DNA of 64,000 nucleotides. Source: Macrostomum lignano (Eukaryota). Shown here one piece after another: positions 1-11,321 of this stretch. The stretch covers positions 434,001 through 498,000 of the forward strand of contig NIVC01000180.1 in the NCBI GenBank assembly GCA_002269645.1, written 5' to 3'. A program made the translations under genes and the position numbers. The notes below the pieces were generated by a model, which worked only from the letters and a program-made list of their open reading frames with translations, was not told the origin of the DNA and did no database searches. Numbering within the stretch: position 1 is the stretch's first letter; each line of letters begins with the position of its first letter.

Positions 1-215
1 TTATCATCCTCATCATTAAAATCATCATCATAATTATAATCATCAACATCATAATCATCAAAATCATCATCATTATGAGAATCCTCATCATCTTCATCAT
101 AATCATCATCATCAACATCATGGCCATCATCATCATCATGAAGTCCTTCACAGTAATTATAACCATCCTTATTGCTACGCATATGATTCCCACAAAGCCC
201 TTATCCCCAATCCCA
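1..215. repeat. Degenerate (ATC)n microsatellite in a SAS-6 intron
   Basis: Runs of atc/catcat directly visible. Confidence 0.85.
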
Positions 216-240
216 TTATCCCATTATCCGCCTCCCGCAG

Positions 241-3200
241 ACCACGGAGGCCCAGCAGGTGTTTCAGTCCAAATACGAGCGCGACCGTCGCGAGCTGGAG
301 CAGGCCCACCTGCGCATCGTGAAGCAGCTGGAGACTCAGAACAGCGAGCTGACTTCCTCCTGCAAGAGCCTGCAAGAGGAGAACTTCCGGCTGGAGCTTC
401 AGCTCAAGGAGGCCGCGGCCCGTGCGACGCGACTGGAAGAGGTGAGCTGGCGGATTCTGAGCCGCTTTGAGATCATCGATTTTAGCGAGTTATTTCTGTA
501 ATTGAGTCTAGGGTTTAATCTACGAGATTTACTCTGCCTTGTCCGTACTTCAGTCTGGCTATCCTATCTGACCTGACTTGACCCCAGTTGACCCTTAGAG
601 TACTTGACCTTACCTGATCAGGTTAATCCGGACTAGCTAGATCCTACTTAGCCCTAATTTGACCTTACTTGTCCCATTTGACCTTGCTTGTCCCCATTTG
701 ACCTTGCTTGTCCCCATTTGACCTTGCTTGTCCCCATTTGACCCTGCTTGTCCCCATTTGACCTTGCTTGTCCCCATTTGACCTTGCTTGTCCCCATTTG
801 ACCTTGCTTGTCCCCATTTGGTCTTAAGCCAGTTTTATCTTACTACTTGCGCCAGGGACCTCTTCGATAGATTACCATAGATCGTAGAGGTCCCTGCTTG
901 ACCCCATTTGACCTTGATTCGATCTGTTTGAACCGATTTAACCATAAACCCCCTTCAGTCCGAGTCGCAGCTGCGTCGCGAACTCGACGCCGCCAAGCAC
1001 GACCGGGACGGCCTAGGCCGCACCCGTCAGGAGCAGGAGGCCGCGGTGCACCAGCTCACCACCCGTGTTGCCGTGCTTGAGCAGGAGCTCAAGGACAAGG
1101 ACGCGCTGCTGGCGAGAACCGGCGACCTCCTGGAGACGGAGAAGGCCGCCCGGAAGCGCCTGGAAGATGACCTGGCGGCCAGGCAGCGGCGGGTGGAGGG
1201 CCTGGAGCGGAAGCAGACCGCTACAGTGTCAGAGATGGAGAAGGGCAACGAGGTGATCAAGAAGCTGCAGACAGAGCTGCGCCAGCTGCTGAAGAAGCTG
1301 GAGTCCCGAAGCCAGCTGGCGGTGAAGCAGGAGAAAGCCGTCACCCGACTGGAGGAGGAGCTGACGGCCGCTCGGGAGCAGGCCAGGTCGGCCGAGCGGC
1401 AGGCGCAGCAGAAGGTGGACGAGATCGCCGACTTGAAGGTCTGGCTGTGGAGCTGCTCGCGGGGTGTCTGATTGGCAGCTTCTGCCTCATGTCTGTGTTC
1501 AACGGGTAGCAACCGGGTCTAAACAGGTAGCATCAGAGACTCAGGTAGCTTGAGAGACTCGGGTAGCTTGAGAGACTCAGGTAGCATGAGAGACTTACAG
1601 GTAGCATGAGAGACTCAGGTAGCATGAGAGACTCAGGTAGCTTGAGAGACTCAGGTAGCATCATAGACTTACAGGTAGCATGAGAGACTCAGGTAGCATG
1701 AGAGACTCAGGTAGCTTGAGAGACTTACAGGTAGCATGAGAGACTCAGGTAGCATGAGAGACTCAGGTAGCTTGAGAGACTCAGGTAGCATCATAGACTT
1801 ACAGGTAGCATCATAGACTTACAGGTAGCATGAGAGACTCAGGTAGCATGAGAGACTCAGGTAGCATGAGAGACTCAGGTAGCATCATAGACTTACAGGT
1901 AGCATGAGAGACTCGGGTAGCATCATAGACTTACAGGTAGCATCATAGACTTACAGGTAGCATGAGAGACTCGGGTAGCATCATAGACTTACAGGTAGCA
2001 TCATAGACTTACAGGTAGCATGAGAGACTCGGGTAGCATCATAGACTTACAGGTAGCATCATAGACTTACAGGTAGCATGAGAGACTCGGGTAGCATCAT
2101 AGACTTACAGGTAGCATCATAGACTTACAGGTAGCATCATAGACTTACAGGTAGCATGAGAGACTCGGGTAGCATCATAGACTTACAGGTAGCATCATAG
2201 ACTTACAGGTAGCATGAGAGACTCGGGTAGCATCATAGACTTACAGGTAGCATCATAGACTTACAGGTAGCATGAGAGACTCGGGTAGCATCATAGACTT
2301 ACAGGTAGCATTAGAGTCTAAACAGGTAGCATCATAGACTTACAGGTAGCATGAGAGTCTAAACATGTAGCATCCGGGCTTAGCAGGTAGCATCCGATTG
2401 TAACAGGTAGCAACCGGGTCTAAGAGTTGGAAATCCTATCTAAGAGACGCAACAAACAACACCTACAACAAACCTATGACAGATAGCAAAACCTATAGTA
2501 GGTAACAAACCTACAACAGGTAGCAAACCTACAACAGGTAGCAAACCTACAACAGGTAGCAAACCTACAACAGGTAGCAAACGTGCAACAGGTAACAAAC
2601 CTACAACAGGTAGCAAACCTATGACAGATAGCAAAACCTATAGTAGGTAACAAACCTACAACAGGTAGCAAACCTACAACAGGTAGCAAACCTACAACAG
2701 GTAGCAAACCTACAACAGGTAGCAAACGTGCAACAGGTAACAAACCTACAACAGGTAGCAAACCTACAACAGGTAGCAAACCTACAACAGGTAGCAAACC
2801 TATGACAGGTAGCAAAACCTATAGTAGGTAACAAACCTACAACAGGTAGCAAACCTACAACAGGTAGCAAACCTACAACAGGTAGCAAACCTACAACAGG
2901 TAGCAAACGTGCAACAGGTAACAAACCTACAACAGGTAGCAAACCTATGACAGATAGCAAAACCTATAGTAGGTAACAAACCTACAACAGGTAGCAAACC
3001 TACAACAGGTAGCAAACCTACAACAGGTAGCAAACCTACAACAGGTAGCAAACGTGCAACAGGTAACAAACCTACAACAGGTAGCAAACCTATGACAGGT
3101 AGCAAACCTATGACAGGTAGCAAACCTACAACAGGTAGACCTACATCTATAAGTGGGATTAAAGCGCTGTTTACAAAGCCACAGGACACCAAATCCCCAA

Positions 3201-3656
3201 GTCGCCCGCCCCCACCCGCAGGACCAGATCTCCAGTCTGCAGAAGAAGCTGGAAGAGAGCAAGCAGCTGCTGCGCTCCAACGACAACGTGATCCAGTGGC
3301 TCAATAAGCAAATCAACGAGTCGCAGGCGCGCTCAGCGGCGCCAGGAGCCGGCATGGGCGCCAAAAAGTTTGACCACGCGGTGCCTGCCGCTCTGCAGAG
3401 CTACAGGCCGGCTGTCCCGTTGACGTCTTCCGCTGCTTCTGCTGCCGCGACAGCAAGCGCTGCCACTGCAGCCGCGCCGCCCATCGGCCTGGACTCCAAG
3501 TACCTCCACAGGACAGCGGCTGGCAGCGGCTTGGCTAATGGCGGTTCAAGGATCCCGCCTCCGCATCCTCCTGGCACCTCGGCAGCGACAGGCGTTCCGG
3601 CCACCTCCGGGCAGATGTCGCTGACCAGCGCCTACTTCCCTGGCGCTGTCAAGTAG
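241..3656 (+). CDS. SASS6: Spindle assembly abnormal protein 6, 3' part (5' end upstream of window); exons 241-441, 959-1438, 3222-3656
   Basis: Exons have AG/GT boundaries, all phase 0. The translation has a coiled coil with HQLTTRVAVLEQELKDKD, KGNEVIKKLQ and [26 protein letters not shown], matching the SAS-6 coiled-coil end as I recall it (VAVLEQEIKDKD / [26 protein letters not shown]). A low-complexity tail follows, ending in TAG. Confidence 0.9.
660..820. repeat. 20-bp minisatellite ccccatttgaccttgcttgt, SAS-6 intron
   Basis: About 7-8 adjacent copies. Confidence 0.9.
1510..3145. repeat. Two adjoining caggtagc-core minisatellites (18/20-bp units 1510-2420; 18-bp acaggtagcaaacctaca with higher-order blocks 2460-3145), SAS-6 intron
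   Basis: Direct periodicity; both arrays share the core caggtagca. Confidence 0.9.
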
Positions 3657-4654
3657 CTGGGCTGGCTAAGCTTGGTGTACTTTTGAAAGTAAAGTTCTTG
3701 AGCGGTAGGCACAAGGCCGCTATGAATGTAGTAAAAAATTTTGCTTTTGAGCAATTGCTCAAGGTGTAGATGAAGCAGAGTAATCGAGCTCAGTATACAG
3801 TGTCAATAGGACGGTGTTCAAGCATTGTCTATGGCCAAAACAGTGCGTGCAGCGCGGATGAATGAGGTTTGCCATATCTCTGTCCATTGAAATCTGCTAG
3901 TGTCTATGGTCCAAAGCTGGCGGCACAAGTGTGGAAATGATTAATTCTTGTTGCGGCGCAGACCCCCCTTTGGCCATAGACAATGAAAAGCAAGTCGTCA
4001 ACAGTTTAATTCTCTTGCTGTGGATCGAACTGCTTGCTTGTGGGTCAATTGGGTGCTGCTCAGTTCATCCGTGGTAGCTCAGTGGAAGCAGAAAGCAGGC
4101 ATTTACTCATAAGCAAAATTTTTTTTCTGCTTCATAATGAATCGAGAAGCACAGCGTCACCGATTGAAAACTGTTACATTACACAGTTGTTGACCAACCG
4201 AAATTATTCCTTGATCCTGACCTGTACATTAATTTTGCGCATTTTATATTATACCTGCGAGTACATACTACTTGCGAATACTACTGCTACATTCTCGGTT
4301 TTATACATTCACATTTAGTGTATAAAATACTTCAAACTCTGTCCCCGCTGTCTCCGTCCTCGCAAATATTCGGCTATTTGTTCTTTTCTGTTTACCACCA
4401 CATACCGCTCTCGTTTATCCAGCCTCCTTTCTAACTAAATTTGTATTTTTCTACTATTTTGTTGATTTGTAACAGCCTACTGGTTAGTAGCATTGCTGGA
4501 TTAGCCGAGTTTAAGTTTTATGCAAAAATATTAAATGTGTGTTAAACTGGGTAATTGGTAGTTTACAGGTACTTTGTTTGAATGGTTTGAGTTCAAAATC
4601 AACTTGCTCGTGTATTTTTATTCTGTGCGCTTTGATTATCTGTAAGGTTATTAA

Positions 4655-5260
4655 GGATATTCTACAATTGAGACTAGATGGGATATTCTACAATTGAGAC
4701 TAGATGAGATATTCTACAATTGAGACTAGATGGGATATTCTTAGATTGAGTCTAGATGTGATATTCTACAATTGAGACTAGATGGGATATTCTACAATTG
4801 AGACTAGATGGGATATTCTACAATTGAGACTAGATGGGATATTCTACAATTGAGTCTAGATGGGATATTCTACAATTGAGACTAGATGGGATATTCTTAG
4901 ATTGAGTCTAGATGAGATATTCTACAATTGAGTCTAGATGGGATATTCTACAATTGAGACTAGATGGGATATTCTTAGATTGAGTCTAGATGGGATATTC
5001 TACAATTGAGACTAGATGGGATATTCTTAGATTGAGTCTAGATGTGATATTCTACAATTGAGACTAGATGGGATATTCTTAGATTGAGTCTAGATGGGAT
5101 ATTCTACAATTGAGACTAGATGGGATATTCTTAGATTGAGTCTAGATGGGATATTCTACAATTGAGACTAGATGGGATATTCTACAATTGAGACTAGATG
5201 AGATATTCTACAGTTTAGACTAGATGGGATATTCTTACATTGAGTCTAGATGAGATAATA
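4655..5260. repeat. 26-bp minisatellite ggatattctacaattgagactagatg upstream of ENTPD5/6
   Basis: About 23 copies with two alternating variants. Confidence 0.92.
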
Positions 5261-5381
5261 GTGGGATCTCATCGCTGGAGAATCATTATTAGCCCATATT
5301 TCCTGTCACTGCTTTCAGCGGTTCCGCTCTCACCCTGGCCTCATAATCCCCCTGCCGGATATCCGGTAGCCAGGCGCCCGC

Positions 5382-8043
5382 ATGTCTCCACAGTGGCCGC
5401 TGCTGCTGCCGCTGCTGCTGCTGCATGCGCAGCCGCCCCTGTCAGCGGCCAGCAGCCGCCTGGGCAGCCGCTCGGTGCACCTGTTTGCCTTCCAGCCCGA
5501 CTTGGGGCCGCCAGACGGCGAGTCCCGCTACGGCGTGGTGATCGACGCCGGCAGCACCGGCTCGCGGGTGCACGTCTTCCACTTCGCCTACCGCCTGGGC
5601 AGAGAGCGGGGCCGGCCGCCCTACCTGCTGGCTGGGGAGTCTTATCTGCAGGTGAGCTTCTGCCTGCCCTGGTTGCATTCCCACACTGCATTTACCACAC
5701 TGCGTATCTCAAACTCCATTCCCACACTGTATTTACCACACTGCGTATCTCAAACTCCATTCCCACACTGCATTTACCACACTGCGTATCTCAAACTCCA
5801 TTCCCACACTGCATTTACCACACTGCGTATCTCAAACTCCATTCCCACACTGCATTTACCACACTGCGTATCTCAAACTCCATTCCCACACTGTATTTAC
5901 CACACTGCGTATCTCAGACTCCATTCCCACACTGCATTTACCACACTGCGTATCTCAAACTCCATTCCCACACTGCATTTACCACACTGCGTATCTCAAA
6001 CTCCATTCCCACACTGCATTTACCACACTGCGTATCTCAAACTCCATTCCCACACTGCATTTACCACACCGCGTATCTCAAACTCCATTCCCACACTGCA
6101 TTTACCACACCGCGTATCTCAAACTCCATTCCCACACTGCATTTACCACACCGCGTAACTCAAACTCCATTCTCACACTGCATTCCCCACACAACACTAG
6201 ATTCCCCACACTGCGTTTCCCAGACTGTATCACAGAACATATTCTGTAGACTGTATTCCCCACATTGCATTTCCCACACTGCGCATCCTCACCAAATTCG
6301 GAAATTCCACACACTAAATTTACCACACCACATTCCATGCACCGAACACCCAAGGTGAAGCCGGGCCTCTCTGCCTACTCAGCCGAGCCCGCCAAAGGCG
6401 CCCGCAGCCTGTTGTCCCTGATGGAGCTGTGCAAGTCCCGCATACCGGAAAGCCTCTGGTCTCGCACCCCGCTGGTTGTCATGGCAACTGCCGGCCTCCG
6501 CCTGCTCAGCTTGAACGAATCCAACGGGCTGCTCAGAGAAGTTCGCAGCCTGCTGGCCGGCCAGCCCTTTCCAGTCGGCGCCGTTGAAGTTCTCGACGGC
6601 CTGGACGAAGGCGTCTTCAGCTGGCTGACGGTGAACTTCCTGGCGGCCGGCCAGCTGCAGCCCGCGACCGGCGCCGGCGCAACCATCCCGGAGAGCTCGG
6701 ACAGCTTCGGCGCCCTGGACTTGGGCGGCGGTTCTGCACAGATCACCTTCGCCCCCGACGATCCCGACCATGAGGGCGCGCCGGAGGGTGAGCAGCTGGG
6801 GTTGCCGATCTTGTGGGCTGCCGATCCTTTGGGTTGCTCGTGGGTTGCCGATCCCACGCAGCATGGGTTGCCGATCCCACACAGCATGGGTTGCCGATCC
6901 CACGCAGCATGGGTTGCCGATCCCACACAGCATGGGTTGCCGATCCCACGCAGCATAGGTTGCCGATCCCACACAGCATGGGTTGCCGATCCCACGCAGC
7001 ATGGGTAGCCGATCCTTTGGGTTGCCGATCCCACACAGCATGGGTTGCCGATCCCACACAGCATGGGTTGCCGATCCCACACAGCATGGGTTGCCGATCC
7101 CACACAGCATGGGTTGCCGATCCCACACAGCATGGGTTGCCGATCCCACACAGCATGGGTTGCCGATCCCACACAGCATGGGTTGCCGATCCCACACAGC
7201 ATGGGTAGCCGATCCCACACAGCATGGGTTGCCGATCCCACACAGCATGAGTTGCCGATCCCACACAGCATGGGTTGCCGATCCCACACAGCATGGGTTG
7301 CCGATCCCACACAGCATGGGTTGCCGATCCCACACAGCATGGGTTGCCGATCCCATACAGCATGGGTTGCTGATCCCGCACAGTACTGGCCAGGTCGCAG
7401 TAAACGAATTGACATCCTGTCTGACCCCGCAGGCCACCTGAAGCGGCTGTCCCTCGGCCCAGCCTCGGTGTGGCTCTACTCCCACAGTTACCTGGGCGTC
7501 GGCCTGATGGCGGCCCGCCTGCGCATCCTCGGCGGAGACTTCGAGACCCGCCTGCCCGCCTGCCTGGCCTCGCCCTGCCTGCCGCCCGGCTACTCCGGAC
7601 GCTGGCGCCACCACGGCGCCGTCCACACCGTGTCCGGCGCCGCCTACGGCTACGGCTACGCCGCCTGCCGCTCCGCCGCCGCGCGCTTCCTCCGCGCTTT
7701 TGGGGTGCACGCGCCGCGTGGCCTTCGCCGTCGGCGCTTCTTTGCATTCGGCTATTTCTACGACCGCGCCGCCGACGCCGGTCTCATCAGCGCCAAGCTG
7801 GGCGGCGCCGCGCGGTTCCTGGACTTCGAGGCTGTCGCCAAGCGCCACTGCAGACTGGCCGCCTTCGAGCGGGCGCGGCCCTACCTGTGCCTGGACCTGG
7901 CGTACATTGCCGCGCTGCTGGGGCCCGACGGTCTGGGGTTCGAGTCCGGCGACACCCTGGTGCTGCGCAATCGCTATAAGGATATTGAGCTGAGCTGGGC
8001 GCTCGGCGCCATGTTTGACATCCTTCACGGCTCTTACAGCTAG
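5382..8043 (+). CDS. ENTPD5/6: GDA1/CD39 family nucleoside diphosphatase, ENTPD5/6-like; exons 5382-5651, 6355-6787, 7433-8043
   Basis: N-terminal signal peptide. Apyrase conserved regions are present: DAGSTGSR, VKPGLSAY, ATAGLR, DEGVFSWLTVNFL, GALDLGGGSAQITF, LYSHSYLG, ELSWALGA. Intron phases (0, 1) give one open frame. There is no C-terminal TM. Confidence 0.93.
5675..6180. repeat. 41-bp minisatellite, ENTPD intron 1
   Basis: Unit cccacactgcatttaccacactgcgtatctcaaactccatt. Confidence 0.92.
6798..7380. repeat. 23-bp minisatellite gggttgccgatcccacacagcat, ENTPD intron 2
   Basis: Direct periodicity. Confidence 0.92.
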
Positions 8044-8255
8044 CGGGTCAGAGGGGGCTTGTGGCGCCATGTTTGACATCCTGCACGGCTCTTACAGCTA
8101 GCGGGTCAGAGGGGGCTTGTGGCGCCATGTCTGACATCCTTCACGGCTCTTACAGCTAGCGGGTCAGTGGGGCGCTAGTGGCGCCATGTTTGACATCCTG
8201 CACGGCTCTTATTGCACGGGTCAGTGGGGCGCTAGTGGCGCCATGTCTGACACGC
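8005..8255 (+). repeat. 58-bp tandem duplication spanning the ENTPD stop codon (~4 copies)
   Basis: The unit starts ggcgccatgtttgacatc at 8005, 8063, 8121, 8180 and 8237 (last partial). Confidence 0.9.
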
Positions 8256-8694
8256 CCGTCACCAAAACCTAAGCCAGTCTGCTAGCTTTGTCTCTCAGTG
8301 CTCTGCACACCGTTCTCACACATTAAATTTCTTATGAAACCCTTGCCTGCAATGCTAGTTTTTTTACATTTTCCAGCTATTTTAATTTATGATACTCTTA
8401 AAATTGATATTGTAATTGTTGAGGTGGCGTTTCTCAGAGTGCCTTGCTCTTGCTAGGTATAAAGCTATTCAAGCCGTAGGCCGTCTCTGCTATGTTTGCT
8501 GCTCTGCGTTTTCACTTCGTCTGCTCAATTGCCGCTGTATCCGTCTATGGCAATAATAATAATTACTGTCCTCTTTTACGGCGCTTTTGCCTTTTGCTAT
8601 AATGGTCTGTCGTAGAACTATTATCCTTGCTGAACTCTTACGCGACCCCGCAGTCTGCTTCTGTGCCTGCCGCCTTGCCAGGCCCGTAGGCCGC

Positions 8695-10490
8695 CAGCCT
8701 CCCAGAGTGTCAGTTGCTGAGCCAGCCTCCCAGATCCTCAGTTGCTGAGCCAGCCTCCCAGATCCTCAGTTGCTGAGCCAGCCTCCCGATCCTCAGTTGC
8801 TGGGCCAGCCTCCCGATCCTCAGTTGCTGAGCCAGCCTCCCAGATCCTCAGTTGCTGAGCCAGCCTCCCAGATCCTCAGTTGCTGGGCCAGCCTCCCGAT
8901 CCTCAGTTGCTGGGCCAGCCTCCCGATCCTCAGTTGCTGGGCCAGCCTCCCGATCCTCAGTTGCTGGGCCAGCCTCCCAGATCCTCAGTTGCTGAGCCAG
9001 CCTCCCAGATCCTCAGTTGCTGGGCCAGCCTCCCAGATCCTCAGTTGCTGGGCCAGCCTCCCAGATCCTCAGTTGCTGAGCCAGCTTCCCAGATTCTCAG
9101 TTGCTGAGCCAGCCTCCCAGATCCTCAGTTGCTGAGCCAGCCTCCCAGATCCTCAGTTGCTGGGCCAGCCTCCCGATCCTCAGTTGCTGGGCCAGCCTCC
9201 CGATCCTCAGTTGCTGGACCAGCCTCCCAGATCCTCAGTTGCTGGGCAAGCTTCCCAGATCCTCAGTTGCTGGGCCAGCTTACCAGATCCTCAGTTGCTG
9301 GACCAGCCTCCCAGATCCTCAGTTGCTGGGCAAGCTTCCCAGATCCTCAGTTGCTGGGCCAGCTTACCAGATCCTCAGTTGTTGGGCCAGCCTCCCAGAT
9401 CCTCAGTTGCTGGGCCAGCCTCCCAGATCCTCAGTTGCTGAGCCAGCCTCCCAGATCCTCAGTTGCTGGGCCAGCCTCCCAGATCCTCAGTTGCTGAGCC
9501 AGCCTCCCAGATCCTCAGTTGCTGAGCCAGCCTCCCAGATCCTCAGTTGCTGAGCCAGCCTCCCAGATCCTCAGTTGCTGGGCCAGCCTCCCGATCCTCA
9601 GTTGCTGGGCCAGCCTCCCGATCCTCAGTTGCTGGGCCAGCCTCCCGATCCTCAGTTGCTGGGCCAGCCTCCCAGATCCTCAGTTGCTGAGCCAGCCTCC
9701 CAGATCCTCAGTTGCTGGGCCAGCCTCCCAGATCCTCAGTTGCTGGGCCAGCCTCCCAGATCCTCAGTTGCTGAGCCAGCTTCCCAGATTCTCAGTTGCT
9801 GAGCCAGCCTCCCAGATCCTCAGTTGCTGGGCCAGCCTCCCAGATCCTCAGTTGCTGAGCCAGCCTCCCAGATCCTCAGTTGCTGAGCCAGCTTCCCAGA
9901 TTCTCAGTTGCTGGGCCAGCCTCCCAGATCCTCAGTTGCTGGGCCAGCCTCCCAGATCCTCAGTTGCTGAGCCAGCCTCCCAGATCCTCAGTTGCTGGAC
10001 CAGCCTCCCAGATCCTCAGTTGCTGAGCCAGCTTCCTAGATTCTCAGTTGCTGAGCCAGCCTCCCAGATCCTCAATTGCTGAGCCAGCCTCCCAGATCCT
10101 CAGTTGCTGAGCCAGCCTCCCAGATCCTCAGTTGCTGGGCCAGCCTCCCGATCCTCAGTTGCTGGGCCAGCCTCCCGATCCTCAGTTGCTGGGCCAGCCT
10201 CCCGATCCTCAGTTGCTGGGCCAGCCTCCCAGATCCTCAGTTGCTGAGCCAGCCTCCCGATCCTCAGTTGCTGGGCCAGCCTCCCAGATCCTCAGTTGCT
10301 GGGCCAGCCTCCCAGATCCTCAGTTGCTGAGCCAGCTTCCCAGATTCTCAGTTGCTGAGCCAGCCTCCCAGATCCTCAATTGCTGAGCCAGCCTCCCAGA
10401 ACGTCAGTTGCTGAGCCAGCCTCTCAGAGTGTCAGTTGCTAGGCCATCCCTCAGATCCTCAGTTGCTGGGCTGCCACCCTCCCAGATCAT
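8695..10490. repeat. 27/28-bp minisatellite ccagcctcccagatcctcagttgctgag
   Basis: About 64 copies; the same unit recurs at 13333-13795. Confidence 0.95.
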
Positions 10491-11004
10491 GCAGATCAGG
10501 CACTGCCACTGCCTACACACAAAAACAATCAAAGTCTAAGATGTGCGCTCCTTTCGCCTTTATCTCAGTTTAATTGAATTAAAAAAATTGATTGACTTCT
10601 TTTTGTCTGCTTGCAGATTGCCTGACCAGCTGTGTTTGAAATTGTCCTTAACTCTGAAATTATCGATAGCATATATATTTTTAATTTGTCTTGTTTATTT
10701 TGGGTTTTTCCTGTTTTGCCTGTGCTATAATCTAATTATTATAAATATCCGTATTTATGGTACTGCGAATCGCGCATAAATATAATTTGATCTTGGCTGA
10801 CAGTCGGGTAGGGCAGCCAATCCTGGTATTTGACAGCATTCCTGGCTCTGCTATTTAATTCAATTTTCATCTGCGCCTGTAATTGAACTGCTGATTGTCA
10901 CATAAGTTAGTAGTTTTCAACTGCTCTACGGTAGCACGCTCGTATTGCCTTAAACTAGATTTTTGTATTGAGTACTGCTCATTGCCTTTCATGTGTGTCA
11001 CTTT

Positions 11005-11285
11005 GATCAACCAGCCAATCAGCATTCAGCTAGCAGCTCCTAACCAGCCAGCCAATCAGCATCGAGCTAGCAGCTCCTAACCAACCAGCCAATCGGCATT
11101 CAGCTAGCAGCTCCTAACCAGCCAGCCAATCAGCATCGAGCTAGCAGCTCCTAACCAACCAGCCAATCGGCATTCAGTTGGCAGCTCTGGTGCCAGCCAA
11201 TCAGCATTCAGCTAGCAGCTCCTAACCAGCCGGCCAATCAGCATCGAGCTACCATATTAGCTACTAGTCCAGTCAGCCAATCCAA
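11005..11285 (+). promoter_or_regulatory. Tandem ~37-bp repeat carrying 8 CCAAT boxes immediately upstream of the YccV-like gene
   Basis: (a/g)gccaatc at about 11015, 11052, 11089, 11126, 11163, 11197, 11234 and 11277; ATG at 11322. Function is inferred. Confidence 0.5.
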
Positions 11286-11321
11286 AGGAAGCCAGCCAGC
11301 AGTCTCTCTGAATTTTGCCTA

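Noticed and set aside
8695-10490. CRISPR-like appearance of regular 24-41 bp repeats here and elsewhere
   Set aside because: Units are directly adjacent with no unique spacers, no cas genes are present, and the context is eukaryotic introns.
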